DNA from: Singulisphaera sp. GP187 | Lineage (GTDB): Bacteria > Planctomycetota > GCA-002687715 | Length of the DNA stretch: 64,000 bases | Direction: 5' to 3' | Assembly (NCBI GenBank): GCA_945907755.1 | Contig: CAMDTN010000007.1 | Span: 856 to 64,855, forward strand | Part shown: piece by piece, positions 39,704 through 49,062 of the stretch | Position numbering within the stretch: the first letter of the stretch is position 1 | Layout: each line of letters starts with the position of its first letter | Translations under genes and position numbers: made by a program | Notes under the pieces: generated by a model | What the model was told of the DNA's origin: nothing | Databases searched by the model: none | What the model saw: only the letters and a program-made list of their open reading frames with translations

Positions 39704-42700
39704 TCACGATGCCGAGAAAAGCCAGCGTAGGTCGTCGGCTTCCATGCCGGGGGTGGCGCCGGCATCTGGTCCGAGCAGTGCTTCGGCCAAGGCGCGTTTG
39801 CGCTCTTGCAGTTCGAGGATGCGCTCTTCGATGCTGCCGCGCGTAACCATGCGGTACGCGAACACTGGCTTTTCCTGGCCGATGCGATGGGCGCGGCCAA
39901 TGGCTTGCGCCTCCACTGCCGGGTTCCACCACGGGTCCATTAGGAATACATAATCTGCAGAGGTCAGATTCAGGCCCGTGCCGCCAACCTTCAGGCTGGT
40001 GAGGAGCACTGCCGCGCCGCCCTCCTGCTCGAAAGCGCGCACTACGCCTTCGCGATCTTTGGTGGTGCCGTCCAGCCGCGCGTGCGCCACACCGTCACGC
40101 TGCAAGCGCACGCTGATGATGTCCAGGAACGAAACGAATTGTGAGAACACCAGCGCGCGGTGCCCGGCGGCCAAGACATCGGCAAGCTCTTCGACCAGCG
40201 CTTCTACTTTGCCGCTGGGTTCGTCGCGCAGCGCTGGATCGACCAACCCTGGGTGGCATGCTGCTTGGCGCAAGCGCAGCAGCGCTTCCAGCACGGTGAA
40301 GTTGTCGACGCGGCTGCCGCTTTCCAGCGGGCCCAGCACATCACGGCGCGCGGCGGCAAGCAGTGTTTGGCTCAGCTTTTCCTGCGCTGGTTCGGGCTCG
40401 GCGTGAATCACTTGTTGCGTCAGCGGTGGCAGGTCCGGTAGCACCGCTTCCTTGGTGCGCCGCAGCACGAATGGGCGCACTGCGCGTGCGAGCGATGCTG
40501 TGAAGTTGGCGCTGACGCCGCCGTTCATTGCGGCCATGAAGCGGCGCTCCTCGCCGAGGATGCCGGGGTTCACGGCGTCCAAGATGGCCCACAAATCGCG
40601 CGCACTATTTTCTACGGGCGTGCCAGTGAGTGCCAATTTCAGCGGCGCTTGCACTGCGCGCACTGCTTGGGCGCTGCGGGTTGCTGGGTTGCGCACCATT
40701 TGCGCTTCATCCAGAACCAACAGACTCAATTGGTGCCCTTCCAGTTCGACAACGTCGCGTTGCAGCGTGCCGTACGTTGTCAGAACCACATCGGCATCAC
40801 CGAGAGATTCGAATTCGCGAGCAGCGCCATGGTGGCGCAGAACTTTTAGCGTCGGTGCGAAACGCGCGAGTTCGGATTCCCAATTCCATAGCAGCGATGA
40901 CGGCGCGACCACCAGTGCAGGGTGCCAAGGTTCTCCCGCGTTGCGGGCCTGCGCGCGCAGCCCCAACAGCAACGCCAACACCTGCACAGTTTTCCCAAGG
41001 CCCATGTCGTCGGCGAGAACACCGCCAACACCTTCGCGCGCCAGCGAATGCAGCCACGACAAACCGTCGCATTGGTAAGGGCGCAGCGTGGCTTGCAAGT
41101 CTGTTGGTGGTGCGATGGCCTCCGGCGCGGCCAGACGAGCGAGGCTGCCCTTCAACGAGAGCGCGCCGCTGGCATCAGATTCCAACAACGGTTCCAACAG
41201 CAGCGCTTGCGCACGACTGACTTTGGTTGGGTCGCTGACCAACGCTGCAATGCCGCCCAGGCGTTCGGCGAGGTCGCCGTCAACCAGCAGCAAGCCTTCA
41301 GCGTCGAGATCGAGAAAGCGGCGTTCGTTGGCTGCCTTCAACGCGCCCAGCAACGAAATGATTTCGCCGTCATCGCAGCGCACTTCGCCGCCAAGGCAGA
41401 GGCGTCCATTGTTGGTGGACAGCGACAATTGCGAGTGCACCACGCGTCGCACAGGGCGGCCGTCTAAGCGCAAACGCCACCCGCGTTGCAGCAACATGCG
41501 TGCGGTGGTGTCGAACGCGCCGGCGCCGGCATCGAAGCGCCCGACGATGCCGGGCTCGACTGCGAGGCCAGGGATTCCCTCGGCCTCCTGCAAGAATCGC
41601 TGTTCCGCTTCGGCATCGCGCAAGTACTGCGCTGGGGCGGTGCTGTCGGTGACGATCCGTGCGGCGCTCTCTGGTTGAACTTCGGTGCCACCGTAGAGAA
41701 AACTGACGCGGCCTTCGAAAGTGCGCGGGTGGTGTTGCAGGGTCATGCGCGGCACCGGAGTGCAGAGCGTCAATGGCAGCGGGGCTGTGGCGCCGGGAGG
41801 TTGCAGGCGGGGGAGAGGGCCGCTCCGCGCGAGCTTGTCGACGAGGCTGGCCCAGTCCGCAGCGGGCAACTGCACACTGCGCCCGCGCAGCATCAAGCCT
41901 GGCCATTTGTCTGCGCCGTGTTGATTCACGCGATGCACGCATCCATTCCTAATGGCGAGGCAGTCGCGGCCTTCGACGATGGCGTCGGCATCTTGCAGCG
42001 CGAAGCTGCGTCCGCCTTCGTCGACAAGGCGCCCTTGCAGCGTCACTTCGCCGCCGCGCTCTGCTGGCATGAAGGCGAGGACCAAATCCAAATCTGCGCC
42101 GCGCTTACTTTGCAGGGGCATGGCGCCGCAGCGCGCGAGCCCAGTACTCACGATGCGCATGAGCAACGGCGCTGCATCTGGCCCGCGCAAAGCCCACGGC
42201 CCCTGCGGCTGCGTCAGCCCACCAAAACCATCGCGCCCTCCAGCGATGGCACCGATTCCCAAGACGGTGGTGCGCAATCCCTTGTCTGCGATGCGGTCGA
42301 TGGTCTCGCCATCCAGCATTAGTGCGCGACCGTTCGCGTCCCTCGCCCCAAGCTGCCCTTGCTCCCCATCCGCCATGACGCTGAGGTATGCGGTGCCAGC
42401 CTCCGCCACGCCGCTGCGGCTGTTGCCGCTGCCGAGGTGCTCGCGCCCCGCCGCCCGCTCACCTCCGCTCGTCCCTCCAACAGCATTAGTGCCCGCGCTC
42501 ACAAAAAACCAAGGATACAGCGGTAATGCGGCAGGTTGCAGCGCGGCATCGCGCTCTGCGGCGAGCTTCTCGAGAGCCAGCAGCAGGGCCCAGAGATGGG
42601 CGCAGCCGGTGCCGGTGTTTGCGAAGTGTGCGCAGGTGCAGTCGTGCACCACTCCAGAGGGTGCGCGTGCGACCATCACGTCGTGATGGCGCCTGAAGAA

Positions 42701-42847
42701 ATCCACTTTGGCGCGCCCCGCATCAGGGGTGCTGCCCTGGACCAAATGCACTTTCCCCTCACGCCATAGGGCATCACCAGCTTCTCGCTGTGCCGCCTGA
42801 ATGGTGCAAGGTAGCTCCGCTGCCGCAATCGCTTTCACGCGCGCCAT
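39704..42847 (-). CDS. SWIM zinc finger-SNF2 family helicase
   Basis: CTC...CAH SWIM; LRPYQ, LADDMGLGKT, DEAQ, LTGTPVEN, GGTGLNL, DPWWNPAVEAQAIGRAHRIGQ. Confidence 0.92.
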   Translation of the reverse strand: MARVKAIAAAELPCTIQAAQREAGDALWREGKVHLVQGSTPDAGRAKVDFFRRHHDVMVARAPSGVVHDCTCAHFANTGTGCAHLWALLLALEKLAAERDAALQPAALPLYPWFFVSAGTNAVGGTSGGERAAGREHLGSGNSRSGVAEAGTAYLSVMADGEQGQLGARDANGRALMLDGETIDRIADKGLRTTVLGIGAIAGGRDGFGGLTQPQGPWALRGPDAAPLLMRIVSTGLARCGAMPLQSKRGADLDLVLAFMPAERGGEVTLQGRLVDEGGRSFALQDADAIVEGRDCLAIRNGCVHRVNQHGADKWPGLMLRGRSVQLPAADWASLVDKLARSGPLPRLQPPGATAPLPLTLCTPVPRMTLQHHPRTFEGRVSFLYGGTEVQPESAARIVTDSTAPAQYLRDAEAEQRFLQEAEGIPGLAVEPGIVGRFDAGAGAFDTTARMLLQRGWRLRLDGRPVRRVVHSQLSLSTNNGRLCLGGEVRCDDGEIISLLGALKAANERRFLDLDAEGLLLVDGDLAERLGGIAALVSDPTKVSRAQALLLEPLLESDASGALSLKGSLARLAAPEAIAPPTDLQATLRPYQCDGLSWLHSLAREGVGGVLADDMGLGKTVQVLALLLGLRAQARNAGEPWHPALVVAPSSLLWNWESELARFAPTLKVLRHHGAAREFESLGDADVVLTTYGTLQRDVVELEGHQLSLLVLDEAQMVRNPATRSAQAVRAVQAPLKLALTGTPVENSARDLWAILDAVNPGILGEERRFMAAMNGGVSANFTASLARAVRPFVLRRTKEAVLPDLPPLTQQVIHAEPEPAQEKLSQTLLAAARRDVLGPLESGSRVDNFTVLEALLRLRQAACHPGLVDPALRDEPSGKVEALVEELADVLAAGHRALVFSQFVSFLDIISVRLQRDGVAHARLDGTTKDREGVVRAFEQEGGAAVLLTSLKVGGTGLNLTSADYVFLMDPWWNPAVEAQAIGRAHRIGQEKPVFAYRMVTRGSIEERILELQERKRALAEALLGPDAGATPGMEADDLRWLFSAS

Positions 42848-42907
42848 GATGCCCGCCTTCCGCCGCCTCACCACCCGCCCCGCGCCCCCTCCGCGCCTTC
42901 TTGGCCC

Positions 42908-43752
42908 ATTAGTGCGCAACCGATCCGTCCCGCGCCCTCGCAGCTCCCGTGCGCACTTCCTAAGCCCCTAGCGACGCTTGCGCTGCAAATCACCTCTGGG
43001 TGGTTGACCCGAAACCCTGGAGTCACGCATGCCCCCCCTCTCGCAAGCCCCACTAGTGCGCAACCGATCCCGCCGCGGCGGCCCTCGCCCCGGCTCCGGC
43101 CCCAAACCGAAGGGCGCCAAGGCCGGTGTGAGCCACCGCACCCGCGCTGCCACCGCCGCGAGCTACCCGGCCCATGTCACCGTGAAACTGCAGCGCTTGT
43201 TGCCGCTACTGCGTCGCCCGCGCGAATACGCGACGCTGCGCAAGTGCTTCGCCAAAGGCTGCGACCGCATGGGTTTCCGCTTGATCCACTACGCGGTGCT
43301 CAACGAACACATGCACTTCTTGGTTGAGGCGCGAGACCGCACCGCGCTCACCCGAGGCGTGCAAGGATTGCTGATCCGCATTGCTAAGGCGCTGAACAAA
43401 CTGTGGTGCCGCAAAGGCAAGGTGTTTTTCGACCGCTATCACGACCGCATCCTCAAATCGACGAGGGATGTGCGCAACGTGCTGCGCTATGTGCTGCAAA
43501 ACGGGAAGAAGCACGCGGCGCAAGGGCGCAAGGTGAAGGTGCCAGGGCCCATCGATATGTACACCTCAGCGCCGTGGTTTGACGGGTTTGTGGAAGTGAT
43601 TCGGGTGGCGGGCTTGGAAGCGTTGGTGCGCCCTGTCACCGACGCGCGCACTTGGATGCTGACGGAGGGGTGGCGCCGGCACGGGCTGATCGGAGTCCAC
43701 GAACTGCCGAGAACAGGGTGAAGGAAAACGGCAATTTCGATTGCGCACTAAT
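42908..43752. mobile_element. RAYT-like element bounded by 15-bp inverted repeats
   Basis: ATTAGTGCGCAACCG (42908-42922) vs CGATTGCGCACTAAT (43738-43752), 14/15 inverted. An internal direct copy at 43049-43070 matches 42905-42926 at 21/22. Confidence 0.6.
43029..43721 (+). CDS. REP-associated tyrosine transposase-like HUH (Y1) nuclease
   Basis: AHVT, YAVLNEHMHFLVEA (HUH), VFFDRYHDRIL, LRYVLQN (catalytic Tyr). Confidence 0.85.
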   Translation: MPPLSQAPLVRNRSRRGGPRPGSGPKPKGAKAGVSHRTRAATAASYPAHVTVKLQRLLPLLRRPREYATLRKCFAKGCDRMGFRLIHYAVLNEHMHFLVEARDRTALTRGVQGLLIRIAKALNKLWCRKGKVFFDRYHDRILKSTRDVRNVLRYVLQNGKKHAAQGRKVKVPGPIDMYTSAPWFDGFVEVIRVAGLEALVRPVTDARTWMLTEGWRRHGLIGVHELPRTG

Positions 43753-43794
43753 CGTGGTTTTGGGGAGGGGAGGGGCGGGAGGGCGCAGGTGAAC

Positions 43795-45099
43795 TTAGAG
43801 GCCGATGCCTTCGTAGGTGAAGCCGAGCGCTTCGACGGCGGTGCGGGTCCAGATGTTGCGGCCGTCGATCAGGTTGGCCGTGCGCATCAGCTCTTTGATG
43901 CGGCGGAAATCCGGACGGCGGTATTCGTTCCACTCGGTGACAAGCACCAACGCATCGGCGCCATGGGCCGCGTCATAGTTGCGCTCGTGGAAGCTGAGCC
44001 TTGGGTGCGGTCCCAGTATCTTGCGCGCGTTGCCCATGCCTTCTGGGTCGGTAGCGCGCACGCTGGCGCCGGCGGCCAAGAGATCTTGAATGAGCACTAA
44101 ACTCGGCGCCTCGCGCATGTCGTCGGTGTTGGGTTTGAAGGAGAGGCCCCAAACCGCCACCACACGGCCGTTCAAGTCGGCACCAAGCCGCTGGCTCACT
44201 TTCTCTGCCAGCCGGTGCTTTTGGTGCGTGTTCACATCTTCCACCGCCCGCAATACGGAAGGTTCATAGCCCGCCTCACGCCCGGTGTTCATTAGCGCCT
44301 GAAGATCCTTGGGGAAACAGCTGCCTCCGTATCCCGGCCCTGGGAACAAGAATGGGAATCCGATGCGTGCGTCCGAGCCCATGCCTTTGCGCACATGCTC
44401 GATGTTTGCGCCCAGCAGTTCGCACAAGCGCGCCATTTCATTCATGAACGAAATGCGCGTGGCCAACATGGCATTCGCGGCGTACTTCGTGAGTTCTGCA
44501 CTGCGCACATCCATGTGCAAAATGGGCTTGTTGGTGCGCACGAACGGTGCGTACAGGTCGGTCATCACGGCGCGTGCACGCTCGGAAGCGGCACCGATCA
44601 CTACGCGATCAGGCTTCATGAAATCGTCGATGGCCGCGCCCTCTTTGAGGAACTCTGGGTTGCTGACGACATCGAATTCGCATGTGGTGTGCCGCGCGAT
44701 TTCCGCGTGCACGAGATCTGCCGTGCCCACGGGCACAGTGCTCTTGTCCACGATGACCTTGTAGCCGTTCAGGTTCTGGCCGATGGTGCGAGCTACTTCG
44801 AGCACATAACGCAGGTCCGCTTTTCCAGAATCGCTCATGGGCGTTCCCACGGCGATGAAAATCACATCAGCGCCGCGCACTGCTGCCGCCCCGTCCATGC
44901 CAAATGTCAGGCGCTCTTCTTCGCGATTGCGCTTCACGAGCTCTTCCAAGCCGGGTTCATAGATGGGCACTTCGCCAGCATTCAGGCGCTGGACGCGCAC
45001 GGCGTCGACATCAACGACAGACACGTCGTTGCCCGTTTCAGCGAAGCAGGTGCCTGCCACGAGCCCTACATAACCAGCACCGAAAACAGCGATCCGCAT
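43795..45099 (-). CDS. ugd: UDP-glucose 6-dehydrogenase
   Basis: GAGYVG, KSTVPVGT, NPEFLKEG, GYGGSCFPKD, FKPNTDDMRE. Confidence 0.95.
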   Translation of the reverse strand: MRIAVFGAGYVGLVAGTCFAETGNDVSVVDVDAVRVQRLNAGEVPIYEPGLEELVKRNREEERLTFGMDGAAAVRGADVIFIAVGTPMSDSGKADLRYVLEVARTIGQNLNGYKVIVDKSTVPVGTADLVHAEIARHTTCEFDVVSNPEFLKEGAAIDDFMKPDRVVIGAASERARAVMTDLYAPFVRTNKPILHMDVRSAELTKYAANAMLATRISFMNEMARLCELLGANIEHVRKGMGSDARIGFPFLFPGPGYGGSCFPKDLQALMNTGREAGYEPSVLRAVEDVNTHQKHRLAEKVSQRLGADLNGRVVAVWGLSFKPNTDDMREAPSLVLIQDLLAAGASVRATDPEGMGNARKILGPHPRLSFHERNYDAAHGADALVLVTEWNEYRRPDFRRIKELMRTANLIDGRNIWTRTAVEALGFTYEGIGL

Positions 45100-45280
45100 G
45101 GGAACAGTTCCTTTCGCCCAAAGCCGCCTCACCGCGCGGCTTACGCCCAACCAAGAGAGCGGGGTAGGAGGAGCTTATCGGCTGGTCGCGCACTAATCCC
45201 ATTGCGGCGGGCGGATCTTGTGGCGGGCGACTTAACGGACGGCAAGGTCTGCTTGGTAGTTGGCTTGGCAGTCTCGGCTT

Positions 45281-46414
45281 ATGAAGCCTTTTGCACTGTC
45301 GGCGATGCTCGTCTTGGCTGCTGCGCTGTTGCCAGCTCAGTGGTCTGCCAACCCCGCTACCAACCTTGCGGTCGCCAACCGCACTGGCGATCAGGCAGTG
45401 CCCAAGCTGGCGGCCACCCTCGATGGTGGCGCTTATGTGGCTTGGTTCGATCACGCAGGCGCGAACTACGATGTGACATTGCAGCGCTTGGATGCCAATG
45501 GCCTACGAGGTGTGGCCTCACAACGGCTTGCTCATCAGCGGCACTGCCCAAGCGACTTCGCTGATGGATTGGGATTTGATCACTGACAGCGCTGGCAACG
45601 CGGTGTTGTGCTTCACCGACATACGCGCTGGCGGCGACTACGACATTTACGCCTACAGGATCAGTCCGGCGGGCGCGTTTTTGTGGGGCACTAATGGAGT
45701 AGCGCTGTCGAATGACGGCAATTTCGAGGCGAACTCCGTGGTGGCCGAGATGACCGACGGCACCTTCGCTTTTGCGTGGATGCGTAGCGTCACCGGTGCG
45801 GCCGGGCGTCTTGTCGTGCAGAAACTGGACACTCTCGGAACGCCGCTCTGGGGCACCTCGGCCCTCGCCGTCTACGACGCTGCCTCATTGCCCATCGCGC
45901 ACAAAGCGCAACTGCTCGCTGACGGTGCTGGCGGTGCGTTCAACGCATGGCATGTCAGCGTTGGCAGCTTCTTCCAAGGCCGCGTGCAGCATGTGAATTC
46001 AGCGGGCGTTGAGGTGCTTGCGCACGGCGGCATCGAAGTCTCGCTGGAAGCAAACCGCTCCGATCTCGACCCGTGCATGGTGTCACTCGCGGGCAGCGCG
46101 GTGGTGGCCACCGACGGCACCGCGATCCTTGCGTGGAACGATGCGCGCACCGACATCAACGATGTGTACACGCAGAATGTCGAGCCTGACGGCAGCATGG
46201 GCGTGCCACGGGCTCCGGCATGAGCCTTGGTTCGCTGCCGCTGTTGCCTGCGCCGCCGTGGATTGGGCCGGGTGCGCCAGCAGGGTTCGTGTTGTTGGTG
46301 CCCAACCAGCCTGCGTTGGTCAGCGCGAATCTGTTCTTGCAGGGCGCGCTGGTGGATGCAGTCACGGGCCGCATCGGGCTGACGAATGCACTGCATATTC
46401 GCATCGGGCCCTGA
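45281..46414 (+). pseudogene. Fragmented secreted repeat protein (frameshift near 45500 and a second break near 46220)
   Basis: Signal peptide and QRLDANG continue as YEVWPHNG in another frame. The DG.GG...W repeats end, and the shared C-terminal domain tail follows in a third frame. Confidence 0.7.
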
Positions 46415-46458
46415 GTGCGGCTTGATGCAAAGGCCGTGCGCGGTCACTCTATGAGCCG

Positions 46459-46531
46459 GGGCGCTTAGCTCAGCGGTTAGAGCTCCTCGCTTACACCGAG
46501 GAGGTCGGGGGTTCGAATCCCTCAGCGCCCA
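46459..46531 (+). tRNA. tRNA-Val(TAC); CCA not encoded
   Basis: GGGCGCT acceptor stem, CCTCG-CTTACAC-CGAGG anticodon arm, GTTCGAATC T-loop. Confidence 0.96.
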
Positions 46532-46558
46532 TTATTCGTAGCCCAGCTTGAATGAGCA

Positions 46559-48541
46559 CTAGTCCTTCGCGGCGCCTGCCTTCGCGTTCTTATTCGGCGC
46601 CGGCGGTTTGAGGCCCGGCTGCCCCGGCTTGCTGATGTTGTTCTCGCGGTTCATGTCGGGCCAGCAGTGGGCTGGGTCCAACTCGACGGACTCCACTGCA
46701 GCCTCCGGCACGCCCAAGTCCAGCGACACTCTGCGCCCCCAAGCGAAAGCCTCGGCTGGAATGCACCCAGCGCGAGTTGAACCGTCTTTCAGTTTCGCGA
46801 GCCACGGCACAGGACTGACGAAGCGCCCTTGCAACACCACTTGCAGGCGCGCTGCTTTTTCACCGCCCAATCCGCCAGCCGCCATGTCAGGTTTTCCGGC
46901 GCCGTAGATCCAACTGTTCCAGAACCAGCCGAGGTCTTTGCCCGCTGCGTTCTCCATGGTGCGCATGAAATCTGCCGGCGTCGGCGACTTGAAAGCCCAG
47001 CGCGCGACATACTCGCGGAACGCCGCATCGAAACGCTCTGCGCCCAACACTTGTTCACGCAGCATGCGCATCATCCAAGCGGGCTTGTCGTAACCAAGAA
47101 AACCCATCGAGCCCGGCGGCATGCGATCTGGCGCCGTGCTCATGGGGGCACCAATACGCTGCCAGCTCTTGCTCCAATCATCCAAGTCAAACCACGCGCC
47201 CGGCGCGTTGAAGCGTTCCACGATCGCGTAGTAATCAACGAAAGTGTTGAAGCCCTCATCCATCCACGCGTGGCGGCGCTCGTCGGTGTTCACCACCATG
47301 GGAAACCAGTTGTGCCCGATCTCGTGCGCAATCAACGCGAACAGCCCGTAGCTGTCGTTGCAACGCCCGTTGAAAATAATCATCGGATATTCCATGCCGC
47401 CGCCGCCGTCGCCGTAGGCATTCACATTGGATGCTTGCGGGTAGGGGTAAGCGAACCACTTGCCGCTGAAATGCTCGATGGATTGGCGCAGGTCCTGCGT
47501 GCCTTCATTCCACAGTGGCAACGCGGAGCGTGGGTAATACGACTGACACAACACGCCGGCGGCTGTGGAACATGCATCCCAAACCAACGCTGCGGACGAG
47601 CACCACGCAAAGGTGCGCACGCGCTGCGCACGGAACTCCCATGTGAGCGGGCCATCGCCTTCGGGCCTGCCCGCGCCGCGAGTGACATCGTCGGCGGAGC
47701 GCACCATCACGGTGTCGCGAGTTTTCATGGCGGCATCGAGCTGTTCCCGTTGGTGCCCAGTCAACACTTGGCGCGGGTTGCGCAGCGTGCCGCTGGCTGC
47801 AACCACATGGTTGCGTGGCACCGTCAAGGCCACATCAAAATCGCCATACTCGGTGTAGAACTCGCCGGGTCCGATGTAGGGCAGCGTGTTCCAACCGTGC
47901 ACATCATCGAACTTGGCCACCGCTGGAAACCACTGAGCCAGCGCGAACATCGGCCCGTCAAGCGTGTTGGTACGGCCCATGCGCAGCGAGTTGTCCTTCG
48001 GCACTTCGAAGCTCCACGCGAGCTCAAGTCGGACCGTGCCGCCATCCGCCGCCACAGGCGCAGGCAGCTCCACGCGCATCAGCGTGTCGTAGCCCGCCCA
48101 CTTCAGGTCGCGCCCGCGGCAACGCACGCTTTGCATGCGAACACCGTCAGTTGTGGCATCGATGCGATCGGCGGAAGCACCACCCGCAGCAGCCACAGCG
48201 CGCGCAAGACTGTCCGCGCGAAAAACATTTTGCTCGACATGGAACCACAGGTACGGCAAGGCCTCGGGGGAATTGTTGGTGTATTCAAGCGTGAGCGTCG
48301 CGCTCACTTCACCCGCTTCGGCATCCAGCGTGGCGCTGATCTCGCAGTCGGCTTGCTGTTGCCAATAATCTGGCCCCGGTGCCCCAGTCATGGTGCGTAA
48401 GCGGTCGGGCGTGCGCATGGGCGGCGCTGCGAAAAGTGCGGTCCATTCCGCCTCCGTTTGGGGCACTTCCGTTTTTGCCCGCTGGGCGAAAGCGACTTGC
48501 GGCAACACCACCACCAACGACAGCAAGAAGAACCAGCGCAT
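46559..48541 (-). CDS. Secreted M1 family metallopeptidase
   Basis: GAPGPDYWQ, GGMEYP, HEIGHNW...WMDEGFN, YDKP. Confidence 0.92.
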   Translation of the reverse strand: MRWFFLLSLVVVLPQVAFAQRAKTEVPQTEAEWTALFAAPPMRTPDRLRTMTGAPGPDYWQQQADCEISATLDAEAGEVSATLTLEYTNNSPEALPYLWFHVEQNVFRADSLARAVAAAGGASADRIDATTDGVRMQSVRCRGRDLKWAGYDTLMRVELPAPVAADGGTVRLELAWSFEVPKDNSLRMGRTNTLDGPMFALAQWFPAVAKFDDVHGWNTLPYIGPGEFYTEYGDFDVALTVPRNHVVAASGTLRNPRQVLTGHQREQLDAAMKTRDTVMVRSADDVTRGAGRPEGDGPLTWEFRAQRVRTFAWCSSAALVWDACSTAAGVLCQSYYPRSALPLWNEGTQDLRQSIEHFSGKWFAYPYPQASNVNAYGDGGGGMEYPMIIFNGRCNDSYGLFALIAHEIGHNWFPMVVNTDERRHAWMDEGFNTFVDYYAIVERFNAPGAWFDLDDWSKSWQRIGAPMSTAPDRMPPGSMGFLGYDKPAWMMRMLREQVLGAERFDAAFREYVARWAFKSPTPADFMRTMENAAGKDLGWFWNSWIYGAGKPDMAAGGLGGEKAARLQVVLQGRFVSPVPWLAKLKDGSTRAGCIPAEAFAWGRRVSLDLGVPEAAVESVELDPAHCWPDMNRENNISKPGQPGLKPPAPNKNAKAGAAKD

Positions 48542-48680
48542 GGATGCACCTCCGAGGCGGACAGATTGCCCGCCAATGCCGCGCGCGTCCACCCCCACCC
48601 GCGTAGGGGGCGGGCGCACAGAATCCAGCATCTGGGCACTGCTTGATGCACCGATTCGCAAGCGGAGATAGGCTCAGATC

Positions 48681-49055
48681 ATGCGCGGCGCACTCCTTGG
48701 TTTGTTGTTGCTGGGTTGTGGGGCTTGCGCCTCGCAGGACGATTTGAGCGTGACGGTTGAAGTGAGATACCCAACGCGGTTGGGTTTGGCCAGCAACCCG
48801 CGCCGCATCATGAGCATGGATCGTGGCAGCACCGTGGAAGACGCCACGCGCCAACTGATCCGGAACCCGTGGCAGAGCGGCCTGCATGCCGACAGCATCG
48901 GTGTTTACAACCGCATGTTGTGGCGCAGTACCGACAACGACCCACGCAGTGGCAGCCACTGGGCTTGGTCATTGAATGGTGCCTATCCGCAAACCACCGC
49001 TGCCGATTGGGTGCTGAAGCCCGGCGATGTGGTCGTGTGGAGTTACGAGCGCTAA
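48681..49055 (+). CDS. Lipoprotein with a DUF4430 (transcobalamin C-terminal-like) domain
   Basis: Lipobox; W.WSLNG.....AAD.VLKPGDVVVWSY. Confidence 0.7.
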   Translation: MRGALLGLLLLGCGACASQDDLSVTVEVRYPTRLGLASNPRRIMSMDRGSTVEDATRQLIRNPWQSGLHADSIGVYNRMLWRSTDNDPRSGSHWAWSLNGAYPQTTAADWVLKPGDVVVWSYER

Positions 49056-49062
49056 CGCCTGA

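Noticed and set aside
42865..43785. oriC or dif site explaining the local skew switch
   Set aside because: No DnaA-box cluster, AT-rich unwinding element or dif-like sequence seen; the skew appears local. Genome-wide skew is needed to exclude it fully.
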